DNA of 34,671 nt from an uncultured Clostridium sp. (GTDB taxonomy: Bacteria > Bacillota > Clostridia > TANB77 > CAG-508), in NCBI GenBank assembly GCA_946495905.1, contig CAMMEP010000003.1, forward strand, positions 1 through 34,671. Direction: 5' to 3'. Both the position numbers and the translations under genes were made by a program. The notes beneath the pieces were generated by a model. The model was given only the letters and a program-made list of their open reading frames with translations, had not been told where the DNA came from and ran no database searches. Of the stretch, positions 1 to 9,539 are shown piece after piece; position 1 is the stretch's first letter, and every line of letters starts with the position of its first letter.

Positions 1-67
1 TTCCATGAATATTTCTCCTTTCTATTTCTCTATAACTATAATTTTATTCTATACTAAAATTATACTT

Positions 68-574
68 TTAACAATTAGTTTTGGCAAACTTTCTTACATA
101 AGTAACATACTCATAATCATAAGGATTCTTTTCATCTTTTACACCTTTCTCTCTTTCTACTACCTGCCATTCGTTTTCATCTATATCTGGAAAATATACA
201 TCTCCCTCAAACTCTTGATTTATTTTTGTAATGTACAATTTATTTGCTTTTGGGAGCAACAATTTATAGATACTTGCTCCTCCGATAATAAAATTCTCAT
301 CTTCAGATGTTTCGTATTTGTCTAGTTTACTAATATCATCTAATACTTCCACATTTTCATCTTCTATACTAAGTTCTGCATCATTGCAAAGTACAACATG
401 TTTTCTATTTGGAAGTACTCTCCCTAATGATTCAAATGTTTTTCTTCCCATGATGATAGTATGCCCTGTTGTTAATCTTTTAAATCTTTTTAAATCTTCT
501 GGTAAATGCCAAATTAATTTATTATCCTTTCCAATTACATTGTTTTTTGCAACTGCTACTATAATACTTAACAT
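68..574 (-). CDS. folA: Dihydrofolate reductase
   Basis: IIVAVAKNNVIG, WHLPEDLKRFK, IMGRKTFES, IIGGASIY, GDVYFP motifs; GGAGG RBS; directly downstream of thyA. Confidence 0.97.
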   Translation of the reverse strand: MLSIIVAVAKNNVIGKDNKLIWHLPEDLKRFKRLTTGHTIIMGRKTFESLGRVLPNRKHVVLCNDAELSIEDENVEVLDDISKLDKYETSEDENFIIGGASIYKLLLPKANKLYITKINQEFEGDVYFPDIDENEWQVVEREKGVKDEKNPYDYEYVTYVRKFAKTNC

Positions 575-615
575 TTTCTTCCTCCATCTATAAGTCTCAC
601 TACTTATAATTTATT

Positions 616-1473
616 TTAAATAGCCACTGGTATTTTACCAAGTTTAATATCTTTGTTATAATCATAATCTTGTATTTCAAAATCTTCTACCTTGAACTCA
701 TAGAAATCCTTGGTTGGATTATGTATTACAAGTTTAGGATGCACATCCATTGGTTCTGCTTCTATCAGCTTTTCTATAAGAGGGATATGCCTATCATAAA
801 TATGACAATCTCCAATATTATGTGTTAGCGTTCCTACTTCCAATCCTGCCACTTGTGCAAACATACATAAAAGTGCAGCATATTGCATTGTATTCCATCC
901 ATTAGCAGCAAGCATATCTTGTGAACGTTGGTTTAATATTAAATGCAATTTTCCGCCCTTAACAAGCCATTGTGTACCATAAGCACATGGTTCTAGTCTC
1001 ATATCTTTAAGTTCTTCATGATTAAAAATGTTTGTCATAATTCTTCTACTTGATGGATCATGCTTTAATAAATATAACACATAATCCACTTGATCCATGT
1101 TTAAAATTCCTTCTTTAGTTTTAAAATCATATTTCTTACCTAATTGGTATCCATATGCTTTTCCAATAGTTCCGTTCTCGTCAATCCATTGGTCCCAAAT
1201 ATGGGAATTTAAATCTTTTACATTGTTAGACTTCTTTTGCCAAATCCATAAAATTTCATCAATAGCTCTCATTACCGTTTTACTATTATTTCGTAATGTA
1301 ATCATTGGAAACTCTTTTCCAACATCATATTTATTACTTACACCTACTATGGAAATATAATTTGCTTCACTTCCATCTTCCCATCTTGTTCTAACATTTG
1401 TTCCTTCTGATGAATAACCTTCTTTTATTATCTTTTTACATGTTTCAATAAAATGTTTATCTGCTTCCGTCAT
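616..1473 (-). CDS. thyA: Thymidylate synthase
   Basis: YGYQL, SRRIM, catalytic LEPC, QRSQD, GDCHIYDRH motifs; AGGAGG RBS. Confidence 0.96.
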   Translation of the reverse strand: MTEADKHFIETCKKIIKEGYSSEGTNVRTRWEDGSEANYISIVGVSNKYDVGKEFPMITLRNNSKTVMRAIDEILWIWQKKSNNVKDLNSHIWDQWIDENGTIGKAYGYQLGKKYDFKTKEGILNMDQVDYVLYLLKHDPSSRRIMTNIFNHEELKDMRLEPCAYGTQWLVKGGKLHLILNQRSQDMLAANGWNTMQYAALLCMFAQVAGLEVGTLTHNIGDCHIYDRHIPLIEKLIEAEPMDVHPKLVIHNPTKDFYEFKVEDFEIQDYDYNKDIKLGKIPVAI

Positions 1474-1487
1474 TTTCTATTCCTCCT

Positions 1488-1547
1488 TGTCGTTATAGGG
1501 ACAGGCCTAAAAACGACAACTTTGTCGTTTTGGGGACAGACCTTCCT
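1488..1547. repeat. REP-like GGGACAG repeat pair with internal hairpin
   Basis: TGTCGTTATAGGGACAG (1488-1504) and TGTCGTTTTGGGGACAG (1523-1539); AAAACGACAA/TTGTCGTTTT hairpin; related copy at 18498-18522. Confidence 0.7.
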
Positions 1548-1561
1548 CAATTTGTTTTTAT

Positions 1562-1727
1562 ATTGTAAGGAAATTGGACGTTAGCGGAAGCAAAGCTTCC
1601 GACGTCCATATGTACAAAATTGCTTCGCAATTATTGTACGTATCAAGGTAAATTAACCTTGTTGTATACGGAAAAATCGTTAAAAATGCTGAAATTTCAA
1701 ATGAAGAGTTGATTTTTCCTATACAAT
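1562..1727. other. Multi-hairpin structured intergenic element
   Basis: Hairpins at 1575-1608, 1612-1639 and 1644-1661; GGAAAAATC/GATTTTTCC at 1670-1719; outer ATTGTA/TACAAT. Confidence 0.6.
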
Positions 1728-1781
1728 TAGAAAGTAATTTACATTTACTCCCTATATAAATAAAAATCAATATAATTACTA

Positions 1782-2669
1782 TTATCCTTCCCATTTTGGC
1801 ACATACTCTTCCTCATGCTCACCTAATTCTTGTATATATCCATTTTGTAAATTTAAGGTATATAAAAAATTTTCAATTTCTCGATACTCTTTTTTCGTTA
1901 GTTTTCGATTAACAGATTCATCTTGTTTTGCCTTGTATGTAGGGAAATACTGTGCCATAATACTTACATAAGTGTCCTCCGGCATATTTTTCTTTACCCA
2001 TTTTAATATATGTTTCGTATTTTGTAAATGGTTTGGCAAAATTAAATGCCTAATAATAACACCTTTTTTTATTATCCCGTTTTCATCGAATTTTGCTGTT
2101 CCTACTTGCTCGTACATTTCCTTAATTGCCTTTGTGGCAGTTTCAAAATAATGGTTCACATTAGAATATTTTTTAGATAAAACATCTGAATAATATTTTA
2201 AATCCGGTAAATAGACATCAATATATCCATTTAGTAGTTTAATTGTTTCTACATTTTCATATCCATTTGTATTATAAATAATTGGTATGGTAAGTCCGCT
2301 TCGTCTTGCTATTTTTATTGCCTCTATTATTTGATAAACATACATAGTAGGTGTTACTAAATTTATATTGTTTACACCTTTTTCCTGTTGCATTAAAAAT
2401 ATTTCTGCTAATTTTTCTATTGATATTTCTCTTCCTTTGCCTTGCTGACTTATCTCATAATTTTGGCAATAGATGCAATTTAAATTACAGTTTGAGAAAA
2501 ATACTGTTCCAGAGCCATTCTTCCCACTAATACATGGCTCTTCAAATTCATAGATAGAGGCAAGTGCTATTTTTATTTTGTCGTCACATCTACATCTTCC
2601 TATTTTTCCACTTGCTCTATTTACTTTGCATCGATGCGGACATAATTCGCATTTTTCTAGTTCTTTCAT
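1782..2669 (-). CDS. Radical SAM Fe-S protein, PflX-like (PFL-activating enzyme family)
   Basis: CELCPHRC N-terminus, EEPCISG..GSGTVFF, CxxxCxxC (CNLNCIYCQN), YLPDLKY, IIRHLILP. Confidence 0.88.
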   Translation of the reverse strand: MKELEKCELCPHRCKVNRASGKIGRCRCDDKIKIALASIYEFEEPCISGKNGSGTVFFSNCNLNCIYCQNYEISQQGKGREISIEKLAEIFLMQQEKGVNNINLVTPTMYVYQIIEAIKIARRSGLTIPIIYNTNGYENVETIKLLNGYIDVYLPDLKYYSDVLSKKYSNVNHYFETATKAIKEMYEQVGTAKFDENGIIKKGVIIRHLILPNHLQNTKHILKWVKKNMPEDTYVSIMAQYFPTYKAKQDESVNRKLTKKEYREIENFLYTLNLQNGYIQELGEHEEEYVPKWEG

Positions 2670-2832
2670 TTTGCTATCTCCTCTATGCTTTTGAATAGTT
2701 ATTTTTTCATTTTTAGCGGCATTTCTTTTTAATGTACAATTTATTATTCTTTTGAGCAGTCAAAACCAGTTTAAAATTTATGAGGCATACTCTGTATACT
2801 TGATTATATTTTAAGTGAAGTTTGAATTGTAA

Positions 2833-5007
2833 TTATTTTTCAACCTTTAATCTAAGGTAGCCCAACTCATTCCACCTATTATACGCTAAATTCAAATTAA
2901 ATAATAGCTTTGGCTTTGCTCCTGCTCTATTTTTATCAACTACACAAGCATAATATCTTTCATCTGGATCGGTATATTTCTTAAATTCAAAGAATTTCGT
3001 ATCCACTTCTTCCAATGAATATTGGTATTTGTCCCAATCCTCTCGCATTATTTGCTTAATTAAACAAAGCGTGTCTAATACCTCTTTTACTGTTCTACTT
3101 ACCGCTAAATCGTTTACATTTAAGTTGATAGGAAGTGTGGTACTTTCTGTTAATTGTAACGTAGAGCAAATGAACATATTAAAGTTTTGCGCTAAGTTAG
3201 AAAGTATGGTTGCCGTTCTTTTTATTTCCTCACCATTTCCAATATTTGCAGTATCTGTTTTTAAGGTATCATAAAATACATATTCGATTTTCTCTTTATA
3301 GTAGTAATTCATTATTACTTTCTTTAGCTCATCATTAGTATGGTCTGTTATATTAATAAAGTAGATAGAATTATTTATTTGGTTATTTAGCCAATCCGTT
3401 ACTGCTATTGTTTTATTAAATTCTAAAGATACCTTTTTTAATCTCTCTACAAATTCTTTTCTTGTTTCCTTTTCTTCTTGTAGAATAAAGCCGTCTTCGT
3501 CTGTTTTTACTTTTGCACCTTTATCTGGTCTAAATTTAAACTCTAGTAATTCTCCCTCTGTTTTTGTAATTTTTTGTCCATGTAATTCTTGCATTTTTGG
3601 ATTATTTAACACCGTGGTAATTAAGCAAAGCTTCATTTTTTCTTCTGACATTTCATTTGAAATAATAAGCACTTTTTGTCTATGTACAAAGGCAACATAA
3701 GCTGCTAAGTTAATGGTAAATCTACTTTTTCCAGAGTTAGATGGCATTGCGAACGCCATGGTCTCTCCTTTTCGGATTCCTTTAAATACACTGGATAGAA
3801 TAGGAAATGGAAGTTCTAAGCCATTTGTTAAATTATTTTCTCCTTTTTCTAAGAATTCCGTTAAATCTTCACTTAATACAGCATGTTTAAATTTTTGCGT
3901 AACACTTACTTGTACAATTGCTGCCTTTACTTCTTCTACCGACATTTGGTCATATAACTGATAATCACGTATTCCAACAATTTGTTGCTGAATATCCTCT
4001 CTTGGCTCTTCTAAATAACTCTTTCTTAATGTACATAATTTTCTAAGCTCTAAATATACTTTTTCTGGGTTATAGTTTATCCCTCTTATTTCATTTTTTA
4101 TGTCTTGTTTTTGCGCATAGTTTTCATTATTATCTACTGAAAAATTAAATCCTTTTTTTGCAATTTCTGGAGTATAATTTCCTCCCTCTGTAAACAAAAT
4201 ACTTTTATAGATATTTAATAAACTTGGATCATCAAAATAGCATTCTTCAAATACAATATAATATTTTACAATTAATTTTGGATTATTTAAAAGAAGCCCT
4301 ATGTATGCTTTTTCTATTATTTCATTTCTTAATTTTTCTGGATATACAGATTCTTGTTTTTTTACTTCTTCTTTGTATTTTGGCTTTTCTTCTTCGTCCT
4401 CATTATCAAAAGTACCAAATCCATCTTCATAGTCGTCTATTCCATAATCTTCTTCTGATTCGTCCTCTTCTGGTTCTATATTATTTGTTTCATTTAAATC
4501 ATCTATTTCTTCATTATCTTCGTCTATATCATACTCATTGTCCATTTCTTGGCTTGTGTTATACTCATCTTCATAATCATTATAATATTCTCTATCTTCT
4601 TTTTCTTCTAGTTCGTCAAAATATTCTTCGTCTTGTGTTTCTTCTGTTATCTTGTTTGTTTCTATCTCTTTTTCGTTCTCATTTGTTTTATCTTGTGTTT
4701 CTACTTTCTTTTTTCTTTTCTTTTTTGCTGTTGCTACTTGCACGTTTTCTTGTTTCTTTTTTGTTTTGGCAGTATCTTTTTGCTTGTTCGATTCTCCTTT
4801 TTTTGTTTTTGCTGTTTTAGAAGTATTTGAAGTACTAGAACTTTTCGAAGTATTTGAAGTATTCAATTCTCTTATTTTTTTCAATGCTTCTTCTATGTTT
4901 CCCACATCAACTAATTTTCTAGCTTTTGTAATTTTTCGTTTATCTTTTCCTGCTTTTTCAAATGCATCTAATATTTGATATAATTTTTGCATATTACTAT
5001 TGGCCAT
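2833..5007 (-). CDS. DnaB-like (SF4) helicase with long Lys-rich then Asp/Glu-rich N-terminal extension
   Basis: Walker A AMPSNSGKS, ISNEMS, VFYDTLK, TLQL, DKNRAG motifs; ATG 5007 chosen from GAGGTG RBS (the track starts at GTG 5019). Confidence 0.78.
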   Translation of the reverse strand: MANSNMQKLYQILDAFEKAGKDKRKITKARKLVDVGNIEEALKKIRELNTSNTSKSSSTSNTSKTAKTKKGESNKQKDTAKTKKKQENVQVATAKKKRKKKVETQDKTNENEKEIETNKITEETQDEEYFDELEEKEDREYYNDYEDEYNTSQEMDNEYDIDEDNEEIDDLNETNNIEPEEDESEEDYGIDDYEDGFGTFDNEDEEEKPKYKEEVKKQESVYPEKLRNEIIEKAYIGLLLNNPKLIVKYYIVFEECYFDDPSLLNIYKSILFTEGGNYTPEIAKKGFNFSVDNNENYAQKQDIKNEIRGINYNPEKVYLELRKLCTLRKSYLEEPREDIQQQIVGIRDYQLYDQMSVEEVKAAIVQVSVTQKFKHAVLSEDLTEFLEKGENNLTNGLELPFPILSSVFKGIRKGETMAFAMPSNSGKSRFTINLAAYVAFVHRQKVLIISNEMSEEKMKLCLITTVLNNPKMQELHGQKITKTEGELLEFKFRPDKGAKVKTDEDGFILQEEKETRKEFVERLKKVSLEFNKTIAVTDWLNNQINNSIYFINITDHTNDELKKVIMNYYYKEKIEYVFYDTLKTDTANIGNGEEIKRTATILSNLAQNFNMFICSTLQLTESTTLPINLNVNDLAVSRTVKEVLDTLCLIKQIMREDWDKYQYSLEEVDTKFFEFKKYTDPDERYYACVVDKNRAGAKPKLLFNLNLAYNRWNELGYLRLKVEK

Positions 5008-5109
5008 TCTTTCGTTCACCTCTCTTATTTCACTTCACAAATTTTATCATAGTTGATTTTATTTTACAATATAGATTTTTTTATTTTTCAATTTATTATT
5101 TGTTAATAG

Positions 5110-5166
5110 ATGGTTACAGTTCACAGCCTATTCTAAGATGTCGGAGTAACTGTGAATTGTAACCAT
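5110..5166. terminator. Long inverted repeat, probable terminator of the 5179-5463 gene
   Basis: ATGGTTACAGTTCACAG ... CTGTGAATTGTAACCAT. Confidence 0.55.
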
Positions 5167-5178
5167 AAATATTTATTT

Positions 5179-5463
5179 CTACCTACTATTCTGCACAATG
5201 TCTACAATATCTGCAATATATTCCCCTATTACTGGAATGTTCCATGTAACTATTTTTTGAAGCACAATAATAATAAGTGCTGTTATAATGGTAACACCAA
5301 TTCCAATTCCGATTCCCTTTACAATTCCGGACCAAATATTTCTAAAAAAAAGTTCTTTTCTATTTCCCAAAAGCTCCACTAAATCAATGAATTTACTTTT
5401 AGTTAAAGCATAATTCAAGTCGTCTAACTTTTTATTCAATTCTTCATAAAGTTTTTCTTTCAT
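5179..5463 (-). CDS. Small membrane protein, DUF5665-like
   Basis: NIWSGIVKGIGIGIGVT transmembrane segment and IPVIGEYIADIV, typical of this Firmicutes family. Confidence 0.75.
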   Translation of the reverse strand: MKEKLYEELNKKLDDLNYALTKSKFIDLVELLGNRKELFFRNIWSGIVKGIGIGIGVTIITALIIIVLQKIVTWNIPVIGEYIADIVDIVQNSR

Positions 5464-5679
5464 ATTTAAACCACATTCTCTTTATATAATTTTATGCTAT
5501 CTATTATTTTCCAATTTTATTCTTTTTATTCACATTAAAAATAGTTTTGTAAAACATTATCTAACTTTTGCTGATTCATTTTTCACTCGTGTTTTTGTTA
5601 CAATTCACATTTGTTTTATCGTTAAAGTCACAAAAAAAGAATAGCTTTCCTTGCTATCCTAATTTTTTTCATTATTCTA

Positions 5680-5880
5680 TTATTGAATTCCATATTTTTT
5701 CTTAAATTTGTCTGCTCTACCACCAGTTGTCTCTCTTTTTAAATTACCTGTCCAGAATGGATGACATTTTGAACAAACATCAACTTTCATATCTGCTTTT
5801 GTTGAATTTGTTTTCATCACATTTCCACAAGCACATGTTATTGTTGCTTCTGTATAATTTGGATGTAATCCTTGTTTCAT
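5680..5880 (-). CDS. rpmE: 50S ribosomal protein L31, zinc-binding type
   Basis: MKQGLHPNY, CACG, DVCSKCHPFWTG, GGRADKFKKKY. Confidence 0.97.
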   Translation of the reverse strand: MKQGLHPNYTEATITCACGNVMKTNSTKADMKVDVCSKCHPFWTGNLKRETTGGRADKFKKKYGIQ

Positions 5881-5997
5881 TTTGTACTCACCTCTCCTTT
5901 ATCTTTTAAAAAACGCTATTTTATATGATAACATATTTATTTCTATTTTTCAAGTACTATACTCTTGTTTTATTAAAAATCTTATTGATAATACAGT

Positions 5998-6162
5998 TTA
6001 ATTTTCTGTTCCATCTTCTAATTGTTGCTGCTGAATATATTCAGCAGAGCTTTGTAGTTCTTCATCCAAAGATGCTTTATGAACTAACTTATTTACTATA
6101 TTAAACAAACATGCAATAATTAAAATTACAAATAATACTTTTTTCCATAGTTTAGCTACCAT
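5998..6162 (-). CDS. 54-aa single-TM small protein (not in ORF track)
   Basis: AAGGAG RBS, then ATG; MVAKLWKKVLFVILIIACLFNIVNKLVHKASLDEELQSSAEYIQQQQLEDGTEN*. Confidence 0.75.
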   Translation of the reverse strand: MVAKLWKKVLFVILIIACLFNIVNKLVHKASLDEELQSSAEYIQQQQLEDGTEN

Positions 6163-6319
6163 ATCTAATTTCTCCTTTTACATATATCATTATATCTATT
6201 TTTTGAAAAATTGTCAATAGAGATATTTTTAGTTTTATGTAACTTAGTTTTTTATTTTTTAATATTTAGTCACATCAACCTCATTTTTTACAGAATTACG
6301 TCAAACTTTTTATCTACCG

Positions 6320-7617
6320 TTAATGTTCGACTCTATTTTTTATTTCTGCTTGAATTTCTAGCGAATTTAATTTCCTTTTCCCTCCATTTGTTTTTATATA
6401 AATCTCTTCTTTTGAAGTTGCATATAAATAAGTTTGACTTTTTTTGGCTTTTACACTTAATTCTACTATATATGTATCTGTTAAAAGATTTTCTGCTGCA
6501 TCATGCACATTAATAAATTCTAAATCATAATCATCTGCACCAACATATGGTTTTATTCCCTTTACTTCTTCACTTATCTTTCTTCTAATTTCATCTTTTT
6601 GTTCTTTATCTAATACCACACCTTTTACTACTCGATCATTGCTAATTCCCCATTTTATATAACCTTTTTCTAATTTTGCAGAGTTTAAAAAAGATACTAT
6701 ATAAATTGGTGCTACATTCACAATAGAACTTACCGGATTTTTTCCTTTTACCTCTTTATACTCTACTTCTCTATCTTCTTCTGCATCGATGGTTTCTTCC
6801 ATATGGTAGATAAATGGTATCTCTTTTTTCTTAGGTAGTGGCAACCTATTTCTATTGTCTTTTTCTCTTTGGATAAAAATAGGATTTATCTCACTTGCTA
6901 TTCTTCTAAGATAAATAGTATTGCACCATTCTTCTGGAATTACCTGCTTAGAGTAAATAGATTTCGTAATAATAAATTGTATCGAATTGGTAAGTTCATG
7001 CATTATCTCTAGAATAAACTTTGTAATTTCTACTCCATTGCTATCTAAAATATCATCGCATATTACAATTGTATTGTCTTGTATTTGTAACAGAACATCT
7101 ATTATTTTTAGAATATTTTGTTCTCCTGAACTTATGAGATGGTTTTTCTCTGGAGTTTTTAACCTATCCTTAATTCTATGAAATAAATCTTGATTTGTAA
7201 TTTTTTCTTTAAATCTTTCTAGGAAAATTTCTATTTGTGTATAATCTAGCTCTTCCATTTTCTTCATAGTCCAATTTTTCATTACAACTACTTCACAAGA
7301 AGTTAATTCTTGTAATTGCTCTTGCATGTTTATTATGTTCTTAATATCTATTCTACTTTTTCCATTCTGAATTTCTTGCATAATTTGAATATTTTGTTTT
7401 TGTGTTTCTATTGTTAATGAAATTTTTGCAATTTTTTTCGTTTTTTCTTCATAAGAAAGGTAGGAATCTCTTTTCAATATTTCATACACTATTGCACTAA
7501 ACGTTGTTTTGCCACTTCCTGCCTCTCCTATAATAAAATTCAATTTATCTTTTTCTAATTTACAATTCAGATTTATAATGGGTCCAACATTTACTATTCT
7601 ACTTCTTTAATATACAT
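6320..7617 (-). CDS. ABC-type ATPase fused to C-terminal Schlafen/AlbA_2 domain; apparent 1-nt deletion near codon 7
   Basis: Walker A GEAGSGKT, signature-like SSGEQ, Walker B VICDD; EEDREVEYKE...SFLNS...GYIKWGISND..VKGV Schlafen motif; ATG 7617 gives MYIKEVE* and the -1 frame continues IVNVGPI into track ORF 6320..7543. Confidence 0.75.
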
Positions 7618-7618
7618 T

Positions 7619-9175
7619 TTATTTAATTTCACCTTTCAAATTTTCTTGTACGGTTGTATTGAACATTTCTAAATAATTTTTTCCTTTTGCTAATTGCATG
7701 ATATCTTCTAAATCTGTTATGGTTTCATTAAATATCATTTCCGTATTATAGTGACATACTTTCTCATATAAATGAAAAAATAATCTTTGTGTTAGTTTTT
7801 TTCTTGCTTCTAAATCGTCTTCTGTATCTTTTTCTGTTGTTAGCATATTCTTTTCTAAGAAATACGAATCTATTTTATCAGATTCCGTATTATACTTATT
7901 TAAGTTAGCCTTAATTTCATTATTTATTATTTTTCTTAGCTCTCCCCATTTGATGTTTTTCATTCCTTTTAGATAATAATTATCTAACTCTTCATTTGTG
8001 CTTTCTATCCATTCTATTTCAAACTTATCCTCTAGATAAGAATCCGTTTTTTCCCCTTTTGCATCTTCTACTGCTAAAACAAATAAATTGCTAGGTAAAT
8101 AAATAAATTTATTTCTTTCTGCAGCTCCAAACAAGTATGTTCCTATTACCGTATCCTGTATTTCAAATTGGCTTCTTCCATCTTCTCTTCGTTCTAATAA
8201 ATTAATAGCATCACCAAAAATCTCAAATAAATCTCCTTTATTAATAGATTCAATTATTAAATAAAAATTTATTTTTGGATAATCTAATGCTCTTTTTAAT
8301 ATCTTGTAAAAAGCTCCTGCTGCATATTTGGATGATGTTTTTTCTATTCCATATAAGAATTCTTCTTTAGTATATTTAGGATGAAATACTACTTTTTCAT
8401 ATTGGCTACCATTTATTACCATAGGATTGCCTCTTTCATCTTTTATTACATTCCCTTTTTGATCTTTTTTGTATAAATATTGTTCCATCATTTTTTGTTT
8501 TTTTCCTATTGCGGTATATCCTCTATATAGCTTATTAATGCCTTTTTGTACTTTTACATCGGGGCTTATTTCTTCTATCTCTTCTTTATTTTCTATTTCC
8601 TCATATAGACTTTTGTTTTCTAATGTTCCAAATTTTTTTGCAGTCTCATGCTTCTTATATAAATCTATTAGATAGTCCATATCTTCATAAAATTCTTTTT
8701 CATTAAACTTGCTTAAGTCATAAACTTTTGATATAATGACCCCATCTACAAAAACTGTTTTATACTCAAAGCCATGTTTTAGGTATGGAGTTAAAGACGA
8801 ATATTCTTTAATATATTGATTTTTTGTTTCTATTATTTCTTCTTTTGTCTTATTCGTTTGTCCAAATCCTAACCATGCAGATATTTTGCCTTGACTTTCA
8901 AACGAAAGCCCTGCATAATGACCTTTTGTTCCCTTTTTGTTTTCGTCTGTATATAACTGAACCCATGGGCTAAGCGATCTATTATATGACGGTCCAAGCT
9001 TAATCTTTACATTAATATCATTATACTTTAAAAATTTATTTAGTTCTCGATTTAGTCTTTCAGGAAGTTCTTCATCTATTAATCTTCTTTGAACACCTTT
9101 TTCTAATTTTATTTCTTTCAAATTAAGTGGATATATTTTTTGAATATATTCAAAATTCTCTTTAATGTTCTGCAT
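7619..9175 (-). CDS. McrB-like protein (DUF3578-like N-terminus plus degenerate AAA+ GTPase)
   Basis: PWVQLY/GHYAGLSF/WLGFGQ N-domain; YEKVVFHPKYTKEEFLYGI, FYLIIESINKG, IFGDAINLLE and LPSNLFVL follow the McrB pattern, but the catalytic motifs are substituted. Confidence 0.72.
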   Translation of the reverse strand: MQNIKENFEYIQKIYPLNLKEIKLEKGVQRRLIDEELPERLNRELNKFLKYNDINVKIKLGPSYNRSLSPWVQLYTDENKKGTKGHYAGLSFESQGKISAWLGFGQTNKTKEEIIETKNQYIKEYSSLTPYLKHGFEYKTVFVDGVIISKVYDLSKFNEKEFYEDMDYLIDLYKKHETAKKFGTLENKSLYEEIENKEEIEEISPDVKVQKGINKLYRGYTAIGKKQKMMEQYLYKKDQKGNVIKDERGNPMVINGSQYEKVVFHPKYTKEEFLYGIEKTSSKYAAGAFYKILKRALDYPKINFYLIIESINKGDLFEIFGDAINLLERREDGRSQFEIQDTVIGTYLFGAAERNKFIYLPSNLFVLAVEDAKGEKTDSYLEDKFEIEWIESTNEELDNYYLKGMKNIKWGELRKIINNEIKANLNKYNTESDKIDSYFLEKNMLTTEKDTEDDLEARKKLTQRLFFHLYEKVCHYNTEMIFNETITDLEDIMQLAKGKNYLEMFNTTVQENLKGEIK

Positions 9176-9309
9176 TATTACCTCATTCCTTTCTACAATT
9201 TAGCTATTGTCTTTCATTATAGGAACAGTGTGTATTAGTGAAAGCACTCTTTCAACGCACACATGTGCACTTCGCTTCACGAATATACACAGCACTATTA
9301 TTTACGAAT

Positions 9310-9338
9310 ACTATAACATGTATTTTTCTTCCTGTCAA
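9310..9338 (-). promoter_or_regulatory. Sigma70-type promoter of the McrB-like operon
   Basis: TTGACA-17 nt-TATAGT with extended -10 TG. Confidence 0.7.
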
Positions 9339-9450
9339 TGCGTATTTTATAATTTACGTATTTTTTACTCATTTTTCACATCTTTTTTACATATTTTTGT
9401 AGTCCTTGTATGCTAAAAGTAGCTCTTTTTAATAGTTTTTATTAAAATTT

Positions 9451-9492
9451 AAAAAGTGCACTCTAGCTTATAAAAGCTGATATGCACTTTTT
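9451..9492 (-). terminator. Intrinsic terminator after pilin-like gene
   Basis: AAAAAGTGCA...TGCACTTTTT stem with inner AGCTT/AAGCT. Confidence 0.65.
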
Positions 9493-9539
9493 TACTTTTA
9501 ATTTAATAAAGTTTGATTCAATATTTTTAATGTTAGTAT

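Noticed and set aside
1488-1547. Possible mini CRISPR array
   Set aside because: Only two 17-nt imperfect units with a short self-complementary spacer and no cas genes; fits REP-like repeats better
1558-1794. 78-aa ORF, and likewise 21887-22075
   Set aside because: They run through palindromic elements, lack an RBS and show no protein-like motifs
2690-2830. Possible riboswitch upstream of the PflX-like gene
   Set aside because: No recognisable aptamer consensus or convincing stems
4808-4866. Short GAAGTATTTGAAGTA repeats in the helicase gene
   Set aside because: They simply encode the low-complexity NTSNTSK peptide
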